A DNA stretch of 64,000 nt from an uncultured delta proteobacterium (GTDB lineage: Bacteria > Myxococcota_A > Polyangia > Polyangiales > Polyangiaceae), in assembly GCA_963850305.1 (NCBI GenBank), contig CAWKKR010000008.1:1-64000 (forward strand), given 5' to 3'. The position numbers and the translations under genes are program-made. The notes beneath the pieces are model-generated. The model saw nothing but the letters and a program-made list of their open reading frames with translations, was not told the DNA's origin and did no database searches. Of the stretch, positions 30,345-39,990 are shown piece after piece (positions within the stretch are counted from its first letter, which is position 1; each line of letters starts with the position of its first letter).

Positions 30345-32156
30345 GAGTGACCATCCGTCGAACCTTCGTCCGTCGGTTCGTCCATCGATTCAAGCGCGGA
30401 GAGCAGGCGCGCGTTGTCGTCGGCCTGCCGAACCGCGAGGCGAATGTAGGGGTGTCCCGTGCCCATCCGCGACGAGACGTCCTTGATCTCGAATCCGGTG
30501 CGCAGCGAGGAGTCGCTTTCGAATGCGTGCTCCAAGGGTCTCGTCGGAGCCTGCGAGGCGCACGAGCAAGAAGTTGCCACCGCTCGGGTAGACGCGGTCG
30601 ACTATCGACGAACGGGCGAGGTCCACCGCGAACGCTTCGCGATCCTCGATGGTCCGGCGGAGCGACGCCTCCCATTCGGTTCGGAACTTGAGCAATACCT
30701 CGAGAAACCACTCGGCGGGCGCACTAAGGTTCCAGATGGGGATTCGCTCCCCGACACGAGCGAGGAGGGTGTGGTCCGCCGAGTAGACGAACCCGAGGCG
30801 CAAACCGGGGACGCCCAGGGACTTGCTCATGCTGACGAGCACCACGACGTTCGGCAGAGGCTCGCGCTCCAGCCGATCGACGATCGACGGTTGGTTCGAA
30901 AATTCGATGAAGGACTCGTCCACGAACACGAGCGCGTCCGGTCGTCGTGCGGCGAGTGCGAAGATGGTGTCGGTGCGCAGCGTCGTGCCCGTTGGGTTGT
31001 TCGGATTGACGACGACGAGCATGCCCGAAGGGTCGAGCCGCCGCGCGACCTCGTCGAGATCGTAGCCTGGCGCGTCGGTGTACGTGGCCGCGCCGAGGAG
31101 CACGCGCCGGTATTCACCGAACGTGGGCTCGGGCACGAGTGCCGGACGGGAACCGAAAAGCTCCGTCATCAACGGGAAGAGCTGCGTTGCTCCATGCAAC
31201 ACCTGGACGCGTTCGGGGCGACAATGACGAACGAAGCCGAGCTTCTCGTTCAATACCCGCTGCGTCGAGCCGTAGCCGCGGAGCAGTTGAGGCAACGCCT
31301 GGCGCATGGCGGCCACCATGGCGTCGGTCGGAAAATATGCGTTCGCCATGAACGAGAAATCCGTGAAATCGAGGCTCCAGTGTCCGCCGAGCGCGCGATC
31401 GAGGATCTCCCCGCGGCGCTCGGGCTCGAAATCGAAGCGAGCGACGGAGAGGTCGTTCGGATCGTCCACTTCGCACCAGCTAGTGCCGTGGACGACCTCG
31501 GCCTCGATGCGCTCGCGTTGCATGTTCACGAGCATGCCGAGCACGAGCTCGTAGTAACAGTTGCCGTCGATCAGGTTCGCGTAACAGCTCAGCAACGGCT
31601 GCAGCGTCTTCCGGCAAAATTCGCGATCGAATCTGTAGATATTCAGCGTCTTGAACTTGTCGTGGTACGCAAACTCCCGTCCTTGGAGGTGCGGCGGGAA
31701 CACCTGCGTGATGACGCCGTCGCCGACCGACACGACCGTTCCATCCATTCCGGAGCGATACCGATCGACGAACGCGACGTTCCCGCGCCTGTTGGCAAGC
31801 CGTCCGAGCAAGCTCGGCTCGAAGAGCAGATCGCACTCGATGAGCAACACGTCGGTGTCGAGGCTCGTCCGATCGAGCGCCAGGGACAGCGACACGATGT
31901 TGTTCGTCGTCTCGAAGTGCTCGTTGTGCAGGAAGACGAATGGCACGTCTGCATAGCGCGCCGCGCAATAGGCCCGGATATCGCCGGCCAGATGCCCCGT
32001 CACGATGACGATGTCTCGGACGCCTATCCCAAGCAGGCTGTCGACGATTCGCCCCAGAATCGTCGTGTCCCCGATGGGCAGGAGCGCCTTGTGGCAGGCG
32101 TCGGACAGCGGGCGCATACGTCGTCCGAAACCCGCGGCGAGGATGATGGCTTTCAT
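30341..32156 (-). CDS. LicC-like nucleotidyltransferase fused to class I/II PLP enzyme (HisC/CobD-like); frameshift near 30490
   Basis: MKAIILAAGFGRRMRPLS...KALL, NNIVSL, WCEVDDPNDL; VNPNNPTG, VDESFIEF, SMSKSLGVPGLRLG. The C-terminus IEIKD...YIRLAVR is in a shifted frame. Confidence 0.88.
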
Positions 32157-32262
32157 GCGCGGCTTCGTCGGATCGCCCGGATTATAGGAGCGGCCCGGGC
32201 GTGAATATGTCTAAGTCTACCGCCGTCCATCCTGGAGACGCAACGCGCGGACCGAGGCGAGC

Positions 32263-34113
32263 GTGGAACCGTATAGCAACTTGTCGTCGACCATAGCCGT
32301 TCCGACGAAACCCCCCGTCGCCTTGCCGGCGAAGGCGCATGCGGCGTCGCAGGGCATGGGCGTCCTGCGATTGATTCGGCTGCTCTTGCCGTACTTTCGC
32401 CCGTACCCACGGTTGATGCTCGCCACCTTGGCGCTGACCGTCGTCGGCCTGGTCGCTGACGCCTTCGCGCGTCTCGGGTTCAAGTTCATCATCGACGAAG
32501 CCATCATCCCGGGCGATCGCGGGATGCTCGTTCGGCTCATTTTCGTGCTCGGCGCCGCCACCGTTCTCACGAGCCTGGCGGCGATCGCAGCGGAGTCGCT
32601 CTATTCTCGACTCGGCGCTCACGTCGTCAACGACATTCGCGAGCGAGTGTTCGCTCATCTGCAAACTCTGTCGGCGCAGTACTACCGAAAGAGCCGGATC
32701 GGCGATCAGATGGCGCGCTTCTCGACTGACGTCTCCTACATCGAGACGGCGGTGTACTACGGGGTCGGCACCGGCGTCGCAAGCGTCCTCGGGCTCACCT
32801 TCGCCATTGGGCCGCTCTTTTTCCTGTCGTGGCAGTTGGCGCTCGCGACGGCGGTCCTGGTCCCGCTCGCGCTGCTCGGCCCAGTGGTGACCGGTCCGCG
32901 CGCCTCGGCGGCGAGCTACGAGACGAAGGAGGATCTAGGGCGGCTCCAAGCCGCCGTCGCCGAGAACCTGCTCACGCAGGATGTCGTACGCGCGTTCCGT
33001 CTCCAGGGTTGGTCTCTCGAGATCTTCCGACGTCTGCAAGCCGATCTCCTGCGCGCCACGATTCGGTTCAACGTGTGGAGCTACACGTCCGACCGCGTCC
33101 CGACCGTCATCCTGTCGCTCGTGAATCTGCTCATCCTGGGCGGCAGCGCGGTCCGAGTCTTCAGCGGACACATGACAATCGGCGCGCTGGTGGCCTTTCA
33201 GGTGTTCTTCGCGAATGTCGTCGCGCACGCGCAGACGCTCATGAGCGTCTGCGTCTATCTCCTGCAGGCTACCGGCGGAATGCTCCGGATCGAGGAAATA
33301 TTCACGGAGAAGCCCACCGTGCAGGACGAAGGCAAAGCCGTGCTCGGCTCTCTCACGCGCGAGATCACGTTCGACGGCGTGACCTTCGACTACGGCGACC
33401 GCGTGACCCGTGTGCACAATCTCCGTCTGTCGATCCCGATCGGCAGCCGGGTCGCGATCGTCGGACCGAGCGGCAGCGGCAAGAGCACTCTCTTGAATCT
33501 CCTCATCCGGTTCTGGGATCCGGTGAGCGGGAGCGTGCGCTTCGACGGAGTGCCGTCTCGCGACTTCACGCTCGACTCCGTACGCTCACGGATCGGCATG
33601 GTCTTTCAAGAGAGCATGCTCTTCGATACCAGCATCCTCGAGAATATCCGGCTCGGCTGCCTGACGGCGACGGATGCGGAAGTGGAGAAAGCATCGAAGC
33701 TGGCCGAGCTCCACGACTACGTCGCGACGTTGCCCGAGGGCTACGCGACGCGCGTCGGGGAGCGGGGCGCGAAACTCTCCGGAGGTCAACGCCAGCGCGT
33801 CGCGATCGCCCGCGCCATCCTCGCGAGCCCGGCGCTGCTCCTGCTCGACGAAGCGACGGCGTCGCTGGATCCGGCTACTGCGGCGGCCGTTTGGCGGACC
33901 CTGGTCCGTGTGGGCGAGAATCGGACGATGATTTACGTGACGCATCACGTGGATCAGGCCGCGTCGGCGGACGAGATCATCGTCCTCGACGGCGGTCGCT
34001 GCGTCGAGCGCGGCGCGCACCGCGAGCTCATGGAAACGGCCGGCCTCTACAAGCGAATGCACGATGAACAGTCACGCGCGGACAGAGCGCCGGACGATCG
34101 AAGGTCGTCGTGA
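32263..34113 (+). CDS. ABC exporter, fused permease/ATP-binding protein
   Basis: 6-TM domain; GPSGSGKST, LSGGQRQRVAIARA, LLLDEATASLD. Confidence 0.95.
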   Translation: MEPYSNLSSTIAVPTKPPVALPAKAHAASQGMGVLRLIRLLLPYFRPYPRLMLATLALTVVGLVADAFARLGFKFIIDEAIIPGDRGMLVRLIFVLGAATVLTSLAAIAAESLYSRLGAHVVNDIRERVFAHLQTLSAQYYRKSRIGDQMARFSTDVSYIETAVYYGVGTGVASVLGLTFAIGPLFFLSWQLALATAVLVPLALLGPVVTGPRASAASYETKEDLGRLQAAVAENLLTQDVVRAFRLQGWSLEIFRRLQADLLRATIRFNVWSYTSDRVPTVILSLVNLLILGGSAVRVFSGHMTIGALVAFQVFFANVVAHAQTLMSVCVYLLQATGGMLRIEEIFTEKPTVQDEGKAVLGSLTREITFDGVTFDYGDRVTRVHNLRLSIPIGSRVAIVGPSGSGKSTLLNLLIRFWDPVSGSVRFDGVPSRDFTLDSVRSRIGMVFQESMLFDTSILENIRLGCLTATDAEVEKASKLAELHDYVATLPEGYATRVGERGAKLSGGQRQRVAIARAILASPALLLLDEATASLDPATAAAVWRTLVRVGENRTMIYVTHHVDQAASADEIIVLDGGRCVERGAHRELMETAGLYKRMHDEQSRADRAPDDRRSS

Positions 34114-34541
34114 AGGTCAGCTTCGACTTCGACGGTGTGCTGTCCCGCCATTCTGTCCAGCGCTTCGCGGCGGAGCTCCTCGCTGCGGACGTGGATGTCT
34201 GGATCGTCACGATGCGGTTCGAGTCCAAAGAGGCCTTTCTCCGGCACCCTCCGGATCCGGACGCGGTCTTCGTGGACAATGCGGATCTGTTCGCCATCGC
34301 CGCGAGGCTCGGGATCCCCCGACGAAAGATCCTCTTCACGAACTGGGACTGGAAGTCCGCCTCGCTGCTGGAGCAGAGCTTCGTGTGGCACCTGGACGAC
34401 TGCCCCGACACCCTCCGCGACATCCAGACGCATTGCCGCGGGGTGCGCGCCATCAGCGCCTGGAACACGACGGCGTGGCGACGAAAGTGCCTGAAGGCGC
34501 TAGGTCCCCTCCCGGCCTCGTCCTACGGCAGCGGACCGTGA
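34110..34541 (+). CDS. Capless HAD-superfamily protein
   Basis: SFDFDGVL motif I, IVT motif II, K, HLDD motif IV; overlaps both neighbours by GTGA. Confidence 0.75.
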   Translation: MKVSFDFDGVLSRHSVQRFAAELLAADVDVWIVTMRFESKEAFLRHPPDPDAVFVDNADLFAIAARLGIPRRKILFTNWDWKSASLLEQSFVWHLDDCPDTLRDIQTHCRGVRAISAWNTTAWRRKCLKALGPLPASSYGSGP

Positions 34542-36622
34542 CCGCGTCGACCATCGTCATCGCGTTCTCGCCGGACTTCAGCGAGGACGACGTCCGCGTC
34601 CACGTGGAGCTCTGCCGCAGATATTCGCCGGAGCTCGTCGTGTCGACTCGCATACTGCACTCGGTCGCGGACACGGCGGCGCTCTTCGAAGCCTTCGGCC
34701 ATGTCGACGCGCTCGTCGTCTGGAACCTCTACATGGAGGTCGACGACGTGAGTCTTTCGCTCCGTCGCCTCTTCGGTGCGAAACTCGTCGGCACTCATCA
34801 CACCGTCACCGTGAACACCGTTTGCAAATCGGCCATGTACGCGACGCTCGGTCGTGAGGCCATCGCCATTCCGCGGTGGATCGCCCCGGTCGGCTTCGAC
34901 GGCATTGACGCGCTGCTGGGCGCGGCGCTCGAGTATCCGGTCATCGTGAAAGTGGATCGCGGGTACGACAGCGTCGGGCTCTCCGCGTCGAGCGTCTGCC
35001 ACGACGCGGACTCTCTTTCGACGCGCGCGAGAGAGACGATGCGCGAGCACGGACCCATCGTCGTCCAGAGCTTCGTCGCGGGGCGTGAGTTCACGGTCGC
35101 CGTCGCGAACAACCGCGCGTTCACGCCGGTGGAGAGAATATTCCCGTCTGGGAGCGTCGTCTTCTTGCCGAGCGAGGCGTGCTCGAAGCGGTATTGCGAC
35201 GATCCGGAGCTCGACGCAGCGCTCCGCACCCTCGCTTTGGCCACGGCGCGCGCTTTCACGATCGGGAAGACCGAGTACTGTCGCATCGACATCCGTCAAG
35301 ATCCGGCAACGGGCCGCCTCTACCCGATCGACGTCAACGACATGTGCAGCGTCTGGCCGGGCGGGCACTTCGAGATGAGCCTCGCCGGAGACGGCGTCCC
35401 ACTCCCCGAGCTGATCGGCTGGCTCACCGCGCCGGCGAGGTACTCCGCGGCGCGGTCACGGATAGCCATTTACGTCATCTGGCATTCGAACCTCTCGCAA
35501 ATCGAGAGCGTCCTGCCGTTCCTCGATGCGTTCGACTGCGAGATCTTCCTCTACGCCTGGAACGACTCCTACGACGCCATGACGTCGTACTTCACCGATC
35601 GGCTCGGCGTGCCCGCGTTTCGGTTCGACGTCGATACGCTCCTCGATCGCCTGGAGCGCGAGGACCGAAATGTCGTCGTGATGTTCACGGAGTCCCTGAA
35701 CTACCCGTTCGGAGCGTGGTCCAAGAAGGTATTCGGAGCCGTTCGCGCGGAATGTCCGAAGGTCATCGACGTCGTCTGCATCGGGCACTGCCTGGACCAC
35801 TCGTCGTGCTCATCGTGCCTGTCCGACGTGGGTGACGTCCCGTTGAAGATGACCGCGTATCGCAGCGGTCGCTTGCCCTACGACGCCGAGGAACTCCGCG
35901 CGACATATCCCATCTCGGACAAGACCATCCTCGTCTCCCCGACGACCGGCGACGATCACATTCTCCTCTCCGATCTCCCGCTCCTGCGGAGGATGAAGAA
36001 GCTGGAGGACGAGGGGCGCTTCGAGTTCCTCTTCAAGCTCCATCCGTCGACGGTCATGATGCTCTTCGACGACGTCTATTTTCAGCTGGAGAAGGCCGGC
36101 TATGCCTACGTCCGGGAGCACTTCCGGGTGGTCGACGCCGAACATTTCTCAATATTTCCCTTGGCTGAATCGGTGCGGGTGCATGTGACAGACCTCTTCT
36201 CGTCGATGCCCGCGCTCCTGACCTACCTCGGCGATCGAGTGATCCTCGCAAAGGACAATCCGGCAGTCGCGGGCGATCATGCGATCCGTCCGTACCTTCA
36301 CCTCTTCGATTCCCCGGATCAGTTCGAGGGGCTTCTCGAGCGCGTCGCGTCGCTCGGTCACCGCAACAACGGCGATTTCTGGCGGCGTCACTTTCTCCAC
36401 GCGCGGGGCGACGAGGACATGCAGATAGCCGACGCGCGTGGCTGGCTCACGCACGCTATGCACGCTCCGGCAGATCCGGGCTTCCGCGCGCGGATCAAGA
36501 GCGAGCTCGCGCGTTTCCGTCGCGAAAGCGAAGAACGCCATCGTTCGGGAGAAGTCGATCAGGAAGAGCTCGATGACGTTCTCAGCGTCCTCGGCGAATG
36601 GACGCCGCCCGGCCAGCAATGA
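34538..36622 (+). CDS. Ddl-like ATP-grasp domain fused to a TagF/CDP-alcohol phosphotransferase-like GT-B domain
   Basis: YPVIVK, SVG, QSFVAGREFTVAV, YCRIDIR, IDVN. C-terminal ILVSPT, FKLHP and VTDLFSS resemble the TagF motifs ILYAPT, KLHP and ITDYSS. Confidence 0.65.
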   Translation: MTASTIVIAFSPDFSEDDVRVHVELCRRYSPELVVSTRILHSVADTAALFEAFGHVDALVVWNLYMEVDDVSLSLRRLFGAKLVGTHHTVTVNTVCKSAMYATLGREAIAIPRWIAPVGFDGIDALLGAALEYPVIVKVDRGYDSVGLSASSVCHDADSLSTRARETMREHGPIVVQSFVAGREFTVAVANNRAFTPVERIFPSGSVVFLPSEACSKRYCDDPELDAALRTLALATARAFTIGKTEYCRIDIRQDPATGRLYPIDVNDMCSVWPGGHFEMSLAGDGVPLPELIGWLTAPARYSAARSRIAIYVIWHSNLSQIESVLPFLDAFDCEIFLYAWNDSYDAMTSYFTDRLGVPAFRFDVDTLLDRLEREDRNVVVMFTESLNYPFGAWSKKVFGAVRAECPKVIDVVCIGHCLDHSSCSSCLSDVGDVPLKMTAYRSGRLPYDAEELRATYPISDKTILVSPTTGDDHILLSDLPLLRRMKKLEDEGRFEFLFKLHPSTVMMLFDDVYFQLEKAGYAYVREHFRVVDAEHFSIFPLAESVRVHVTDLFSSMPALLTYLGDRVILAKDNPAVAGDHAIRPYLHLFDSPDQFEGLLERVASLGHRNNGDFWRRHFLHARGDEDMQIADARGWLTHAMHAPADPGFRARIKSELARFRRESEERHRSGEVDQEELDDVLSVLGEWTPPGQQ

Positions 36623-36651
36623 CGCCGCGCGGCCTCCGCAGGTCGCTACGG

Positions 36652-36720
36652 CGTATGGTGCCGAAACTCGACCGAGCGCATTCGGGGGGATTTTGCGGGG
36701 TTTGGCACGGGTTCGGGAGC
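36652..36720 (-). repeat. Dispersed ~70 bp repeat, inverted copy
   Basis: Reverse complement reads gctcccgaacccgtgccaaaccccgcaaaatccccccgaatgcgctcggtcgagtttcggcaccatacg. Confidence 0.85.
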
Positions 36721-36881
36721 TGGGCGAGACGCACCTGCGGAAGATCCGTAACCGGCCGCCAACACGTCCGGCAAGAGCCCCATCTTCTCTTCAAGCCCTC
36801 CGACACCACGGGCGCGACGACCCCCGGCACGATGCAACCAGGCAGTGTGCAGCTGCCTCTCTTTCGTTGAACGAGACGTCC

Positions 36882-37640
36882 ATGAAAGCAATTGCCCTTT
36901 TCCCCAGAGCCGCTGTCCTCGCCGCGCTCGGCGTCGCCGGCGTCGCGTCTTGCTCCGGAAAAAAACTGCCGCCCCCCGGTGAGCTGATGGTCGCGGTGAC
37001 GACGGACATGTCGTTGCCGAAGGACTTCGACACGCTGCACGTGGAAGTCCTGGTGAACGGCCAGACCCAGTTCGCCAACGACTACGCCGTCGGTCCGAGC
37101 GGTTTGAAGATCCCCGCGACGATCGGCCTCGTCGCCGGCAAGGACTCGTCGATACCGGCGCACGTTCGGATCATTGCCCGGAAGGGCGGCGACACGGGGA
37201 GCGCGCTCCTGCTGCGCGAAGCCGTAGTGACCGTCCCGACGGATCGCCTCGCGCTGCTCACGTTGCCGGTCGGCTGGCTCTGCACCGGCAGCGCGTCCGA
37301 GCCCACTCCCGGAGACGTCACGAACGCGACGTGCCCCGACGGACAGACGTGCGCTGCGGGCACCTGCGAGACGACCGCGATTGTCGCAAAGACCTTGCCG
37401 GACTACACGCCGCCGGCCGTCTTCGGCGGAGCGACGGGTCCGAGCGGTGCCGGCGGCGCTTGCTTCGACACGCTCGGATGCTTCGCTTCGCCGACGCTCG
37501 CGATCGTCGACAGGACGGCGTGTACGATTTCGAGGCCGGGTGGCACCGTCAACGTCGCGCTCGTCGTCGGGCCGAGCGGGGACGGTATCTGTAGCGGCAC
37601 GACGTGTTTGATACCCCTCGACGGCCAGAGCGCCGATCGC
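36882..37640 (+). pseudogene. Cys-rich myxobacterial lipoprotein, 3' truncated
   Basis: Lipobox VASC; GELMVAVTTDMSLPKD...CPDGQTCAAGTC...CFDTLGCF. The sequence character changes abruptly after PLDGQS. Confidence 0.65.
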
Positions 37641-38010
37641 GTTCTTTTTCATGCCGTCGACGACGACGACTCTCACGCGTCGGCCACGCAGTCGCGAAGC
37701 AGCCTGCGCACTACGGCGAGGTCACGATCGATCGCGACGGGGCGTGGTTCGCTCCCTGTGTGCGTCTCCTGTCTCGTGCGCCGCGCTTGCTCGCGACCTC
37801 GTCGACAGGGTGCCTTCGACCGGCGGGGCCAGCGCCATCCCGCGCGAGGTCACCGCCGATCTCGCCGCGATCACCGACGATCCCATGGAGATCAGGGCCG
37901 CTACCATACGGGATCATCGATCGGCGCGGCGGCACGGGGGCCGGTTCTCCCGGAATCCGCAACAACCTCGTCGGGGTAACCGACGATCCCGTCGGGATCG
38001 TCGATCCTCC

Positions 38011-38355
38011 CGCCGGGTTTGTCGCATGACCCTGTCGGGAGGACGCGTGATCCCGGCGGGAGGACGCGTGATCCCCGACGGGAGGACGCGTGATCCCGAC
38101 GGGAGGACGCGTGATCCCGACGGGAGGACGCGTGATCCCGACGGAGGACGCGTGATCCCGACGGGAGTGTCGGCGATCCCCGGCGGGTTTGCCGCATGAC
38201 CCTGTCGGGAGGACGCGTGATCCCGACGGGAGGACGCGTGATCCCGGCGGAGGAGCGTGATCCCGGCGGGAGGACGCGTGATCCCGGCGGGAGGACGCGT
38301 GATCCCGGCGGGAGGACGCGTGATCCCGACGGGAGGACGCGTCCTCCCGTCGGGA
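38011..38355. repeat. 21-bp minisatellite in two blocks, ending in a 32-bp perfect palindrome
   Basis: Unit gggaggacgcgtgatcccg(a/g)c, about 6-7 copies per block; each block is preceded by cgggtttg(t/c)cgcatgaccctgtc. Palindrome at 38324-38355. Confidence 0.95.
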
Positions 38356-38575
38356 GTGTGCATGATTTGAGCGACGGGAGTGTCGGCGACTGCGCGACCG
38401 GGTGCCTGGGTCGCCCCGATCAAGTCGAGATACTCGGCGACCGCGGAGCTTTCGATTGCGACTTTGCCTGAGCCGGCCCAGTGCCGGTCGCCACCGCGCT
38501 TCTTGATGCCCGACACCCAATACTCCTCGCCGGTGGACGCATCGAAGTGGTTGCCGGAGATAGCCGGCCTGAGCT
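38351..38575 (-). pseudogene. C-terminal fragment of a small conserved hypothetical protein
   Basis: ISGNHFDASTGEEYWVSGIKKRGGDRHW matches a motif I recall from a family of small hypothetical proteins; no N-terminus. Confidence 0.5.
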
Positions 38576-38577
38576 GG

Positions 38578-39265
38578 TCAGATGAATCCGGCGACGCCGC
38601 AAGAGAGGGCGAACGCGGTCTCCGAGATGGGCTGCGACGGCGAACCAGGCCCCTCGTCGTACAAGGTCGAACCACCGAGTGACGTGTCGACACTCGGAGT
38701 GATCATGATCGCGAAATGCTTGATGGGCTCGATCAAGAGCGGGGCCTCGATGTCGAAGAGCACGAGGTGCGTCAGCTGATTCGCGTCCTCCACATCCTGC
38801 GTCAGGTGCGCGTAGGAAACGCCAAGACGCGGCCAGATGCCAATGACGTCGGTGAACATGTACGCGAACCCGACCCGTGGTGCGATGTAATATGCGGTCG
38901 CGTGCACGTCGTCTCGTCCGGTCCCGGCCGAGTGAACCACCGTGGCCGAACCGCCCAAACTCAGCCCGTCGATGAAGAACGCATCGACTGCCAGTCGAGG
39001 AGAGATGATCGGGTCGCCCTCACTAACCGAGTAGCGTAATCGTGGTCAAACCCGCGGGGAAGGAGTCCCCGTCCTCATGGGTGGTCTGATCCGTGCGATA
39101 GACGCCTGCGAGACGTTCGGCGCTCACCACCCAGGTCCCTTGCGGGATGGCACCAGCGCCGTTCGCGGGAGCGGCCTTTGCCGCGGACGGCAACAGGACG
39201 AAGCACAGCGCCATGACGGTGCCCATCTTCGCTGCGCCGCAACCCACCAAGACTCGATGTTTCAT
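38578..39265 (-). CDS. Outer-membrane beta-barrel protein (frameshift near 39020)
   Basis: Signal peptide; VVSAERLAG; APRVGFAY...IGIWPRLGVSY; terminal GVAGFI. Confidence 0.7.
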
Positions 39266-39656
39266 CTGACTCTCCTCGGCGTCGAGGTTCGTCGGAACGA
39301 TGCGCGCGTGAGCAAGGAATTTGTGCTGACGCGAGGTCAGGCGAGCCAACCCCGTCTCTGTCGTCGACCCGCCAGTCCCGCCGTCCCCTGACGGCCCGAG
39401 CCGTCAGGGACGGGTAATTTCGGTATAGTGTGGAATCACACCGCTCCGAGGCCAATCCCGCCCCCGGACGCGGAGAGGGCGAGACGCGCGCGGGACCCCC
39501 GAGGTAGGCTGAGCCCCTTGCCGTCTCTCCGGCGCTGGCTCCGCACATCACGACGAGTCGGGGCGGCGGTTGTCGTTGCTCTTTCCTTCGGCGCGGGTTG
39601 CAGCCGGGAAGAAGCTGCGTCCGGGTGTGAACCCGGCAACGAAATGTGCGTGAATC

Positions 39657-39857
39657 GATCGGTTCTGGCAGGCCCGGAAGGCTGGAACGCGTGGTGCAGG
39701 ACTCGGACTGCCGATCGTCAAGGGCATCATTGAAGCCCACGGCGGTCGCGTGTGGGTCGAGAGCACTCCGGGGCGAGGGAGCACCTTCTTCTTCACGATT
39801 CCAACGGCGCCTCGGGCGGAACAACGACGTCAGGAACCGGCACCTCACACTCATTGA
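39657..39857 (+). pseudogene. Histidine kinase HATPase C-terminal fragment
   Basis: Hand translation [49 protein letters not shown]; no start codon, so absent from the ORF track. Confidence 0.85.
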
Positions 39858-39990
39858 AGAACGCGATTCGGAGCCCGTTCGGGCAGCCGTGACCACCGCC
39901 CTGCGCTCGTTGCAAGACCCGTGCGATGTTCTCGGCAATCGAGTCCGTCGCGACGACCGTGCCGGGATCGCCTTGGCAGAATGGGTACGG

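Noticed and set aside
38011..38355. CRISPR array
   Set aside because: Units are head-to-tail with no unique spacers, and no cas genes are present in the window.
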